Shown in pieces: positions 1 through 8,312 of a DNA stretch of 64,000 bases. The stretch's first letter is position 1. Each line of letters begins with the position of its first letter. Position numbers and translations under genes: made by a program. The stretch is from Phycisphaerales bacterium (lineage in GTDB: Bacteria > Planctomycetota > Phycisphaerae > WQYP01), in the NCBI GenBank assembly GCA_027451365.1, contig DAIDJN010000053.1, positions 1-64,000 on the forward strand. The letters are read 5' to 3'. A model generated the notes under the pieces. The model was not told the DNA's origin and made no database searches. It saw only the letters and a list, made by a program, of their open reading frames with translations.

Positions 1-2
1 CT

Positions 3-194
3 TCGGCACAACCGGGTGCGGATGGATCGATTGACCTGATACCGGGTGCGAGCAATGCCCGCATCAGTTATATGGGCTATGACAGCCGGGGGAATGGTAC
101 GGTCTCGGTGGATGGCAAGGGCGAATCGGGCGTCAAAATAAAGGATGCCCAGGGACGTGAACTGGCTTGGCAGTTAGCGAATGCCAGCGTATGA
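3..194 (+). pseudogene. 3' end of a truncated Rhs/YD-repeat coding fragment (runs off the window start)
   Basis: Frame 3 is open from the window edge to TGA at 192-194 and reads ...ISYMGYDSRGNGTVSVDGKGESGVKIKDAQGRE..., a YD-repeat-like pattern. It stops before any Rhs core. Confidence 0.5.
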
Positions 195-227
195 TTTAAA
201 TTACCGAAGCAAGGTCGGCCTTTCTCA

Positions 228-305
228 AGGCAATTTATGGTCGCACTGGATAAACAATTTGTTCACCGCAAAGGCACAAAGCCACGAAGCAGTCGCCGTC
301 GCGAG
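228..305 (+). repeat. Repeated ~75 bp element preceding Rhs module 1
   Basis: gcaatttatggtcgcactggataaacaatttgttcaccgcaaaggcacaaagccacgaag matches gcaattatcttggtcgcgctggataagcaattttttcaccaccacggcaccaagccacaagg at ~4026-4090. Confidence 0.7.
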
Positions 306-1772
306 GGCGCATTCGGGTGCTATGGCAAATCCTCGACTGTCTCTGTGTGCTCGGTGAACTCTGTGGCTTGCGATTATCCCAACGGCGGAGTAACGGGCAA
401 TATTCCCAACGGCACGACGGATTATATCTGGCCAGGCTGGCAGACGATGGAGGAACGTAATCCATTCGGCGGGTCAGGCAGTACGGATACACCGGTTCGG
501 CAATATGTCTGGGGCACGTATATTGACGAATGTATTCAAATTAACCTGCTTGTGGCCGCCGGGCCGCAATCAGTGCCTGCCGGGGCGTATTATTTGTTGC
601 AGGATTTGCTGTACCGGGCGGTGGCGCTGACCAATTCCGGCGGCTATGTCGTAGAAGCCTATGACACGGATGCCTATGGCAATACGCTGGTGTTCACTGG
701 CCCGGGCGCGGATGGCATTTGGTTTACGGATGATGATGTGCAGTCCGATTACGGCGCGAACGAAATTATTTATTGCGGCTATCGCTTCGATCCTGAATCA
801 CAACTGTATTATGTCCGTAATCGGACTTATAACCCCTCCCTTGGCCGTTGGATTCAGCGTGATCCGATTGGGTATCAAGGTGGGATTAATTTGTATGAGT
901 ATGTGGGCAGCGGGCCGGTGGCAGGGGTGGACTGGGCGGGCCTGGCGGGCGCTGCGCCCTCTGGCGGGATTTCCGGCCAAGTCGATTATACGTTTGCGAT
1001 GCAATATTCGCATATGGTCACAAAGAAGGCGTCGGCATGGGTCGAGAAACTGAAACCGATGGTCGTTTCGAAAATGGTGTTTTCGGATAAGGGGCTAAGC
1101 ATCGGGTTGACCGTTACGGGGGCGTCTCGGAGCAATTCGCTAATGGACCTTAGTGTGGCTGGGCTTGTCTTCACGGCGGGTTACACAATAACCCACCAGA
1201 ACGGCTCGAAAACCACTGGTTCGCTTAATTCCTCACCGGGCATCGCGGGGGCGCCGCCAAGTGTAACGGGCTCCCTTGCTAATACGCCACCTCCGGGCGG
1301 GGGATTTGGGTTCGGCGGAAGCGTGGGCTTGGGGGGCGCCGGGTTCTCCGCCGCGCTGAATCAAATATATTCCGCCGACGTTGGCGGCATCAAGACCCAG
1401 GTAAGCGTAAACGAGAATTATTCCGCGAATGGCTCTTTGACGGTCACCCCTTCCGGCACCTTGGGCTATACAATTCCGGGCCTTCCTGTCACCGTCGGCG
1501 GGTTCGGTGGAGGCACCGTTCCCATAATCGGCGGTGGGCCGGCGAGCGGGTATGCCGGGGCTAGCCTCATGGTCACGCTGGGTAAATGGAGTTTGACCGG
1601 GACGTATTGCCGGTCGGCGGCAGGGGGGAATGCCGGGGGCGCACAGCTTAAATGGGGCTACGGTCGGGGCTACGTGTACCTAAGAGGGTGGGACAATACC
1701 TCGAACAAGTCTGTCGGTCCGAACCCGCCGGGGGCTGGCGGCATCGTTGGATGGGAATATAAATATAAATGA
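237..1772 (+). CDS. Orphan Rhs module: Rhs-associated core plus Gly-rich C-terminal putative toxin domain (true start uncertain)
   Basis: Core motifs RQYVWG.YIDE, YDTDAYGN, YCGYRFDPESQLYYVRNRTYNPSLGRWIQRDPIG, NLYEY, then PVAGVDWAGL (variant of PxxxxDPxGL). The N-terminal ~45 codons lie on a repeated DNA element. Confidence 0.85.
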   Translation: MVALDKQFVHRKGTKPRSSRRREGAFGCYGKSSTVSVCSVNSVACDYPNGGVTGNIPNGTTDYIWPGWQTMEERNPFGGSGSTDTPVRQYVWGTYIDECIQINLLVAAGPQSVPAGAYYLLQDLLYRAVALTNSGGYVVEAYDTDAYGNTLVFTGPGADGIWFTDDDVQSDYGANEIIYCGYRFDPESQLYYVRNRTYNPSLGRWIQRDPIGYQGGINLYEYVGSGPVAGVDWAGLAGAAPSGGISGQVDYTFAMQYSHMVTKKASAWVEKLKPMVVSKMVFSDKGLSIGLTVTGASRSNSLMDLSVAGLVFTAGYTITHQNGSKTTGSLNSSPGIAGAPPSVTGSLANTPPPGGGFGFGGSVGLGGAGFSAALNQIYSADVGGIKTQVSVNENYSANGSLTVTPSGTLGYTIPGLPVTVGGFGGGTVPIIGGGPASGYAGASLMVTLGKWSLTGTYCRSAAGGNAGGAQLKWGYGRGYVYLRGWDNTSNKSVGPNPPGAGGIVGWEYKYK

Positions 1773-1794
1773 CAAGAAAGGGGATTAAGGTTAT

Positions 1795-2841
1795 ATGACG
1801 ATCACCAGGTCCTACCTTCGCCAATTAGCGGGCGCATGCGCATCGCTTTCCGTTGCGCTTTGCATGTCGCAGGCCTCCGTTGCCAGCGGTGGGCCGAAAG
1901 GTTCAGTGAGTCGGCTGCGCGTGCCGCTGGACGATATCATTTGTCTTTGGTCGGCGACGGGAGACGAGTCGTTTCGCTACCCCGGCGGGCACACGTCGCA
2001 GTCATTCGACGCGCTGCTTTGGGGTGCCCTTACGCCCAGGGGGCACGCGGTTCCGGTTCGCCTGCTGTCGCTCGCGGTTCGGCGTTCCAAGAAATTCTGT
2101 ATGGTTCAATTGGCCAGTAATGGCCTGATCGGTTATACCGCTTCCGACGGCGAGAAATTTAGGTCGCTGCTGTTTGATCCACGCAGCAATGGCTCGCTGG
2201 TAGCGGTGCTGACCCGGGCACCCGTTATCCAGACCTTTTTTGGGGTGGGGCCTTCGCAATCTTATCCGATGTTCCGAATGGGCGCGCTCAGGAGGCCCGG
2301 GAGGCACGTTTTTTTTATGTCGTTGTCACGAATCTGGCTGCGATTGATGTCGCGGCACTGCAGTCGCCTTTCTTACGATGGTCGCGACCGGGTGCTGACA
2401 GTTAGAACGCTGGCGCCAGGGGAAAGTTCCCGCGTACGCTTTACTTTTTCAAGTTGGCCGATGCCAGAGGCGCCCCGGCGGCTTTTCGTTATTATATCGG
2501 CTGTAGACAGGACGGTGGCGCTCCGCCACTTGACTGCTAGCGTTCATCTGCGACTGCTCCTTCCGGGCCTTTTTCCTAAGCTGCCAAGTTTCGCCGGCGG
2601 CTTTTCCCCAAAGGTCGTCGATCTTAATACCAAGCGGATTGATCGCTCTAATTTCGTGAAGCGCTATGCCGCTGCCGTGTCGGCGGCGGGGCAAATTTCC
2701 GCGCGAGCGGTAGCCGCCCGGCGCCGGTTCCTGAATTGGGCGGTCGGTCGAAAAGAGGCGAGCGTGTTGGATGGGTGGATTAACAAGGGAATTGCGCCGA
2801 TGCGGCCCGCAGCGCAGGCCGTGAAAGGAGACACCAAGTGA
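1795..2841 (+). CDS. Exported hypothetical protein, candidate Rhs immunity protein
   Basis: Directly follows the Rhs C-terminus; N-terminal signal-peptide-like segment; overlaps the next gene (GTGA). Confidence 0.65.
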   Translation: MTITRSYLRQLAGACASLSVALCMSQASVASGGPKGSVSRLRVPLDDIICLWSATGDESFRYPGGHTSQSFDALLWGALTPRGHAVPVRLLSLAVRRSKKFCMVQLASNGLIGYTASDGEKFRSLLFDPRSNGSLVAVLTRAPVIQTFFGVGPSQSYPMFRMGALRRPGRHVFFMSLSRIWLRLMSRHCSRLSYDGRDRVLTVRTLAPGESSRVRFTFSSWPMPEAPRRLFVIISAVDRTVALRHLTASVHLRLLLPGLFPKLPSFAGGFSPKVVDLNTKRIDRSNFVKRYAAAVSAAGQISARAVAARRRFLNWAVGRKEASVLDGWINKGIAPMRPAAQAVKGDTK

Positions 2842-3902
2842 AGTTAACAATGCCGGGCTGGCTATCATGGACCGCAGGGAAAATTCTCCGGCCACGCTGT
2901 TATGGCGTATCGGTATTGCTTGCAGCCGAGGCGGTTAGCCTGTGCTGCTGTTCACTGTTTGCGGCGGCCAATGTGGCGGCTGTACCGCCTTCGCCCACAC
3001 CTGTGCCGCTGCCGCGTATGATTCGACTGGTTCAAAGCATCCCGGATCGCATGGCGCAATTGGACCAGCAGTTGAGGACAAAGGCACCCCTGGGAAAGAT
3101 GGAGTTGTCGATACATCTGGGGCGCGACGTTTTGGCACCCCATCGAGGCCATGGGGGCCGGGCATTCCCGCCATTCGCGGCGAGGTCCGAGTTCTTTTCC
3201 TATCATAATGGCAATTGTGATGCGGTGTTCACCGCGCGAGGGGGCACCGAATGCTATTGCGGCCACAAAGGGAATATCCGGTACGCCGCCGTCTTTGACA
3301 ATCACTTTGCAAATAAGGTCTTTTTCGTTATCGGCAAGGGCGGCGTGAAGGCGGCCGCATTGCCGCCCGTGCCCCGGTGGCTGGCCAAGGGAGTGCCTAC
3401 GGATCCGGCGAATTGGAACATCCCCAAAGCTGTCGTCATTACACCAAGCTTTACGATTTCGCCGGCGGAGCTGTGGAATTGTGACTCTGCCGCTATAACG
3501 ATCAACCCTTGCAGAGCGAAATTCCAGCTCGCGACGGGCTATTTTCGGTTTGGTTTCGGCCGGTACCGGCGAGGCCAGGCTCCCCCTCCGTTGCGAACGG
3601 TTGAGATGTCTGGCTTGCAGAGAAAACACGGCTTGGAAAGCGAGACGATCCTGTCGATCAGGACGGGCACCCGGACGACCACGCTGCCTATTCATCTGAC
3701 GGGCGATTCGCTTGCGAAGCTTGGGTTTAACGTTGTGCCACTAACGGCCAAGACGCCCGCTCCTGCGATAAACCCGCTGACACCGTCGCAAATTGCCAAG
3801 GCTCGGGTGATGCGAGAGCGTTTTGAAAAATGGGCGGGTGTGCGGAGCCGATTGCACCCGGGGTCACAGGTCAAACTGAAAAAGAGTGGTGGCCACAAAT
3901 GA
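2838..3902 (+). CDS. Exported hypothetical protein, candidate second immunity paralogue
   Basis: Translationally coupled to the previous gene; hydrophobic N-terminus; shares short motifs with 1795-2841. Confidence 0.6.
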   Translation: MKLTMPGWLSWTAGKILRPRCYGVSVLLAAEAVSLCCCSLFAAANVAAVPPSPTPVPLPRMIRLVQSIPDRMAQLDQQLRTKAPLGKMELSIHLGRDVLAPHRGHGGRAFPPFAARSEFFSYHNGNCDAVFTARGGTECYCGHKGNIRYAAVFDNHFANKVFFVIGKGGVKAAALPPVPRWLAKGVPTDPANWNIPKAVVITPSFTISPAELWNCDSAAITINPCRAKFQLATGYFRFGFGRYRRGQAPPPLRTVEMSGLQRKHGLESETILSIRTGTRTTTLPIHLTGDSLAKLGFNVVPLTAKTPAPAINPLTPSQIAKARVMRERFEKWAGVRSRLHPGSQVKLKKSGGHK

Positions 3903-4034
3903 GCCGGTGCACGGGCGCACGGGGGCTATTGTCAGATGTTGCGGGTGCCCATAAATCCAGCGCCGGACAGTTTGCTGTTTGCGTCCAATCAGGGATAGAA
4001 TCCGTCTAAACCAATTGTCTGCGGAGCAATTATC

Positions 4035-4709
4035 TTGGTCGCGCTGGATAAGCAATTTTTTCACCACCACGGCACCAAGCCACAAGGCCGCGGCCGCTGG
4101 CGCGATGTGTCTTGGCAGGCGGGAAAATCTCCTGGTCGCCGGACCGCAGACATCTTGTCTGCCCGTCGCCCTCGCGATACATCCATTTCCTCCAATACCT
4201 CCGGTGCGAATGAAATAATCTATTGCGGCTATCGCCTTGATCCCGAAACGCAGCTTTATTACGTCCGCAATCGGACGTACTACCCGGTACTTGGGCGTTG
4301 GATTCAGCGTGATCCGATTGGATACAAGGGTGGGATAAATTTGTATGAATACGCCGGAGGCGGCCCGACGGCGAAGATCGATCCGCGCGGCGATCTTCCT
4401 TGGTGGGTATGGCTGGTTACGCCTATCTTGGCTGCCCGGGAGATGCGTTGCCGCGAAGATTTCTGTGATCAATTGAAGCGGCGGTGCGAGAAGTTGGTCG
4501 GAAGCCCGAATGCCACTGCGGCACAAATTACATTCTGCCAAAAAGAGGGTCCGAAGTGTGGCTTTGCCAGCGCAATCGGCCTTTCCGAGGCCGCCCTAAA
4601 AGTGGTCCCGTTTACGGGGGCAACCGGCTATAAACCACCAGGGGTGGGTTCCGCGATAATACCCACCGTGATTTCAACGGGTAAAGCCATAATCGTCCAT
4701 CGTCGATAA
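4035..4709 (+). CDS. Orphan Rhs module 2: short Rhs core remnant plus ~104 aa Cys-containing C-terminal domain (start uncertain, may be silent)
   Basis: GANEIIYCGYRLDPETQLYYVRNRTYYPVLGRWIQRDPIGYKGGINLYEY...PTAKIDPRGD. Confidence 0.8.
   Translation: MVALDKQFFHHHGTKPQGRGRWRDVSWQAGKSPGRRTADILSARRPRDTSISSNTSGANEIIYCGYRLDPETQLYYVRNRTYYPVLGRWIQRDPIGYKGGINLYEYAGGGPTAKIDPRGDLPWWVWLVTPILAAREMRCREDFCDQLKRRCEKLVGSPNATAAQITFCQKEGPKCGFASAIGLSEAALKVVPFTGATGYKPPGVGSAIIPTVISTGKAIIVHRR
4203..4352 (+). repeat. Direct repeat of the Rhs core DNA (other copy ~753-902)
   Basis: Near-identical stretch, e.g. cgttggattcagcgtgatccgattgg in both copies. Confidence 0.85.
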
Positions 4710-4719
4710 AGGGGTACCT

Positions 4720-5298
4720 ATGCGACGGAGAATTATCGTCATCGTCTGTTGCGCGCTTTTAGCGACCGCCGGATTGGCGGTGGTCGTACGGTTCGCCGTT
4801 ATTTCGTGGTTGGAATCTTCTGTGAGGGGGCCAACCTTTAGTCCCGGTGCGGGGCCGGTTTCCCGTGTCAGTTTGCCGGCAGGCTGGAGATTTTCTCGGG
4901 TCAAAATGTACCGTAGCTATCCGGGCGGCTTTATAGTGGACGCATTTCGCGGAAAGGAGGATTTTACGATCATATGTAATCCGGAAAACGCCCGGTTCAT
5001 TGCCTTGCAGGCCCGTGCCGCCATTTCCGTGCCCAGCGGGCGTATCCCGACGGCTGGAGTGCTGAGGACGTGGGAAGTCCACCGCCTAAAGCAAGGGGGC
5101 TTCTGGGCGGTGAGCAGGTCTTCGCCCATTGTGGCAATGGGCAACAATCGTTGGATGTTTGAGCGGGCCAACTGGGACCGGCGGGATATACGAGGAGCGC
5201 TAAATTCAGTGGTGCTTCGCAAAATAACAAATCATCCAACGGGCCACGGAACGCGAAAGGGCGACATCCAACATTTCGGCATCTCACCGACAAAATAA
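4720..5298 (+). CDS. Membrane-anchored hypothetical protein, candidate immunity protein for Rhs module 2
   Basis: Starts 10 nt after the toxin stop with an AAGGGG RBS; N-terminal MRRR plus hydrophobic helix. Confidence 0.65.
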   Translation: MRRRIIVIVCCALLATAGLAVVVRFAVISWLESSVRGPTFSPGAGPVSRVSLPAGWRFSRVKMYRSYPGGFIVDAFRGKEDFTIICNPENARFIALQARAAISVPSGRIPTAGVLRTWEVHRLKQGGFWAVSRSSPIVAMGNNRWMFERANWDRRDIRGALNSVVLRKITNHPTGHGTRKGDIQHFGISPTK

Positions 5299-5540
5299 AC
5301 GCAAAAAAATAACACCATCATCCGCAAGCCTCTACATATTTTCCCGGCCCGGAGTTCCTTGCGATCCGCGGATGCCGTTAAACCAGATTGTTGTATATGT
5401 CACTGGTGTCCGTATTGCGAACCGTGTCCACCCTGATTTTCTGAATTTGAGTAACGGGCGTGCGAGGGAAGCGAGAGGCGCTGCGCTTCAATAAGACGCG
5501 ATGCGGTGTATCGCTTAATGAGCAGGGCAGAAGACAAAAG

Positions 5541-5565
5541 TTGGTATTTGGTATTTGGTATTTGG
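5541..5565. repeat. Heptamer tandem repeat (TTGGTAT)x3.5
   Basis: ttggtatttggtatttggtatttgg. Confidence 0.85.
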
Positions 5566-5677
5566 CGTGGAGCCGCGGCTGCGCCGGAAACAGGAGTTGA
5601 TCGAACAGGTAATCAGGAGGGCTTACGGCAATGAACGGTCCCGATTGGCGAATCCGATGCGGCGGGGGCGCGTGTGG

Positions 5678-5706
5678 ATTTGAAATTTGAGATTTGAGAT
5701 TTGAGA
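5678..5706. repeat. Heptamer tandem repeat (ATTTGAR)x4
   Basis: atttgaaatttgagatttgagatttgaga. Confidence 0.85.
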
Positions 5707-5789
5707 CTGACGCGGCGGGCGGGACGCCCGCTCCCCAGACCAGGCGGGCTATTATCGCAGATGGGTGCGGGGGGCACTATAATTGTGGC

Positions 5790-6947
5790 ATGATTTATCT
5801 TGATAACAACGCCACGACCCGCCTGCATCCTGAAGCGCTGGCTGCCATGCAGCCGTGGCTGCAGGATCAATATGCCAACCCATCAAGCATGCACCAGTTC
5901 GGGCAGAATGCCCGCCAGGCGGTGGAGGGCGCCCGCTACCAAGTGGCCACCCTTGCCGGCTGTCAGGCGTCTGAGGTGATTTTTACCAGTGGCGGAACAG
6001 AGGCGGATAATGCCGCAATCATGGGCGTGGTGGCGAGTGCGGCAGTGGACCGGCAGACCATCATTACTTCTGCGGTGGAACACAGCGCTGTGCGCGAAAT
6101 GCTGGCCGGGCTGGCAAAGCGGGGCTGGCGCATAGTGGAAATTCCTGTGGATATTTCCGGACACCTGAATTTAACCGTTCTGGAAGCGGCCCTTCGCGAT
6201 TACAAGGCGGCGCTGCTGACAATCATGTGGGCAAACAATGAAACCGGTGTCCTTTTTGATGTCACTACCATCGGCACCCTCGCCCGCGCCCACGGCGTAT
6301 TGTTTCACACCGATGCGGTGCAGACCATGGGCAAAATGCCTGTTTCATTCGCCCGCATGCCGATTGATCTTTTATCGATGAGTGGCCACAAGTTTCACGG
6401 CCCTAAAGGAGTTGGTGCCCTGGTGGTGCGAAGGGGCGTCCGCTGGCAGCCGCTGATCCGTGGGGGGCCACAGGAACGGGACCGTCGGGGCGGCACCGAA
6501 AATGTCGCTGGAATTGTGGGAATGGGCCACGCCGCAGCCATTGCGGCCGGTCGTGTGGCGACACCTGAACACGTGCGCATGGTGGGCCAAATGCGAGACA
6601 AACTGGAGACGGGAATTCTGAATTCAATTCCGGAATCACATGTCAATGGTGATACCGCCCATCGATTGGCAAACACCACAAACATTGGCTTTGACGGACT
6701 TGAAGCCGAAGCCATCCTGATTCTGTTGAGTCAGATGGACATTTGTGCCAGCGCCGGCGCGGCTTGCTCCAGTGGATCCCTTGAACCTTCACATGTGTTA
6801 CGCGCAATGCACATACCCGAACGAACCGCGCACGGGTCTATCCGCTTTTCGCTGTCTGATTTTACCACGCCCGAGGAAATTCAAATCACGCTGGAAGTTC
6901 TTCCAGATTTGATCAACCGGCTGCGAAAGGTTTTGCCCGTGGTATAA
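5790..6947 (+). CDS. iscS: Cysteine desulfurase (IscS/NifS, class V PLP)
   Basis: IYLDNNATT, FTSGGTEADN, NNETG, HTDAVQ, SGHKFHGPKG, catalytic GAACSSG. ATG 5790 chosen from family N-terminus. Confidence 0.92.
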   Translation: MIYLDNNATTRLHPEALAAMQPWLQDQYANPSSMHQFGQNARQAVEGARYQVATLAGCQASEVIFTSGGTEADNAAIMGVVASAAVDRQTIITSAVEHSAVREMLAGLAKRGWRIVEIPVDISGHLNLTVLEAALRDYKAALLTIMWANNETGVLFDVTTIGTLARAHGVLFHTDAVQTMGKMPVSFARMPIDLLSMSGHKFHGPKGVGALVVRRGVRWQPLIRGGPQERDRRGGTENVAGIVGMGHAAAIAAGRVATPEHVRMVGQMRDKLETGILNSIPESHVNGDTAHRLANTTNIGFDGLEAEAILILLSQMDICASAGAACSSGSLEPSHVLRAMHIPERTAHGSIRFSLSDFTTPEEIQITLEVLPDLINRLRKVLPVV

Positions 6948-7054
6948 TTCATGATCGCGAATATGCTGCTCCGGAGCAATCGCGCACAACCGGCCAACGC
7001 TGCCACGCGGCAAAACGTCGGTCCGGGTGCCCGGCCCCCGACCGGGGATGGGGA

Positions 7055-8284
7055 TCAGTCGGCGGAAGCCGTTGCATCTGCTGGATGGTCCACCGATTCC
7101 AGCCGCCCCAATTGCCGCCGATAATCGCCCGGTGTCTGGCCGGTTTCACGTTTGAAAACAGCGCAAAGATATTCATGATGTTCAAAGCCCACCATGGTGG
7201 CGATCTGATTTAACGGCAGATTGGTTCCCACGAGCAGTTCCCGGGTTTTTTCCAGACGGAGTCGCTGAATTTCGTCGCGCGGCGTATGCCCCAGAATATT
7301 AAAAAAACGCCGTTCCATGGTACTTCGCGACATGGTCAGGCCAACGGTTTTCAAGTGCTTGAGAATATCCCCCACGTGCACATTCTTCAGGTAATGTTCC
7401 CGGATAAAAGCCAGCGCCTCAATGACCATCTGATCGCTGGTGACCAGCACGGCGGTGGATGCCCGGGCCACCACACCAAGGGGTTCGAGCAGCAATTCAC
7501 TGTCAACTTTTTCCTTGTGCATCAGGCGTTCAAGCAGTGAGGCCGCCTCGTATCCGATCCGCTCACATGGGGGATTGACACTGGACAGCGGAGGTGTCGA
7601 CAGATCGCAGAGCACATCATCATTATCCACACCAATCACGGCAACACGATCCGGCACTTTCAGGTTCTCCCGCCTGCAGGCGTTTAGAACAATCCGCGCC
7701 AGAATATCGTTGCAGGCCATCACACCGCATGGGTGCGGCAGTTTGGCCAACCATTGACCAATACGCTTTTCCTCTTCGATTCCGTGCAATTCGACCTGCG
7801 ATGTAGAGGTGTGATCCTGCGGACGACGAGTCATATAGCTATCAAAAAAAGCGTCGCGCCGCACTTCCACGACGAACGCAGCCAGCCGGTTTTCACTGTA
7901 ATCGGCTCCGCTGAATCCGCAGTAGGCGAAATTTTTGAATCCGCGCTGCCGCAGGTGAACCGCCGCCTGCCGCGCCACCATCGCATCATTGACCAACACG
8001 CGCGGAATCCGCGGCGATTTAAATCGGCCGCGCAAATCCACCACGGGAATGCGCAGTTTCACGAGTTGGTCAAACATTGCCTGGCTGTCAATGCGGGCCA
8101 GAACCCCATCCAGTTCATCCGGATTCAACCAGGCCGGCAACCCCTCGGAAAGTGTGCGTTCCTGATGCAGAACCGACCATTGGGCCACAGATCGGACATA
8201 TATCGCGATGCCTCGCAGCAGATGTCGCCCATACGCCCTGGAAGATTCAACCAGCAGCGCGACATTGCGATTGGATTTGCCCAT
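7055..8284 (-). CDS. XylR-type regulator (LacI-like ligand-binding domain + AraC HTH)
   Basis: VALLVESSRAYGRHLLRGI, VPDRVAVIGVDND, PLSSV, C-terminal AraC motif FKRETGQTPGDYR; GAGGTG RBS 6 nt before ATG 8284. Confidence 0.9.
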   Translation of the reverse strand: MGKSNRNVALLVESSRAYGRHLLRGIAIYVRSVAQWSVLHQERTLSEGLPAWLNPDELDGVLARIDSQAMFDQLVKLRIPVVDLRGRFKSPRIPRVLVNDAMVARQAAVHLRQRGFKNFAYCGFSGADYSENRLAAFVVEVRRDAFFDSYMTRRPQDHTSTSQVELHGIEEEKRIGQWLAKLPHPCGVMACNDILARIVLNACRRENLKVPDRVAVIGVDNDDVLCDLSTPPLSSVNPPCERIGYEAASLLERLMHKEKVDSELLLEPLGVVARASTAVLVTSDQMVIEALAFIREHYLKNVHVGDILKHLKTVGLTMSRSTMERRFFNILGHTPRDEIQRLRLEKTRELLVGTNLPLNQIATMVGFEHHEYLCAVFKRETGQTPGDYRRQLGRLESVDHPADATASAD

Positions 8285-8312
8285 GAACGACACCTCGTTT
8301 GGCGGATCCCAT

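Noticed and set aside
5250..5445. gggcgacatcc / ggtgtcc / gtgtccaccc motifs as REP or IS ends
   Set aside because: Weak similarity, no transposase, and no clear inverted pair
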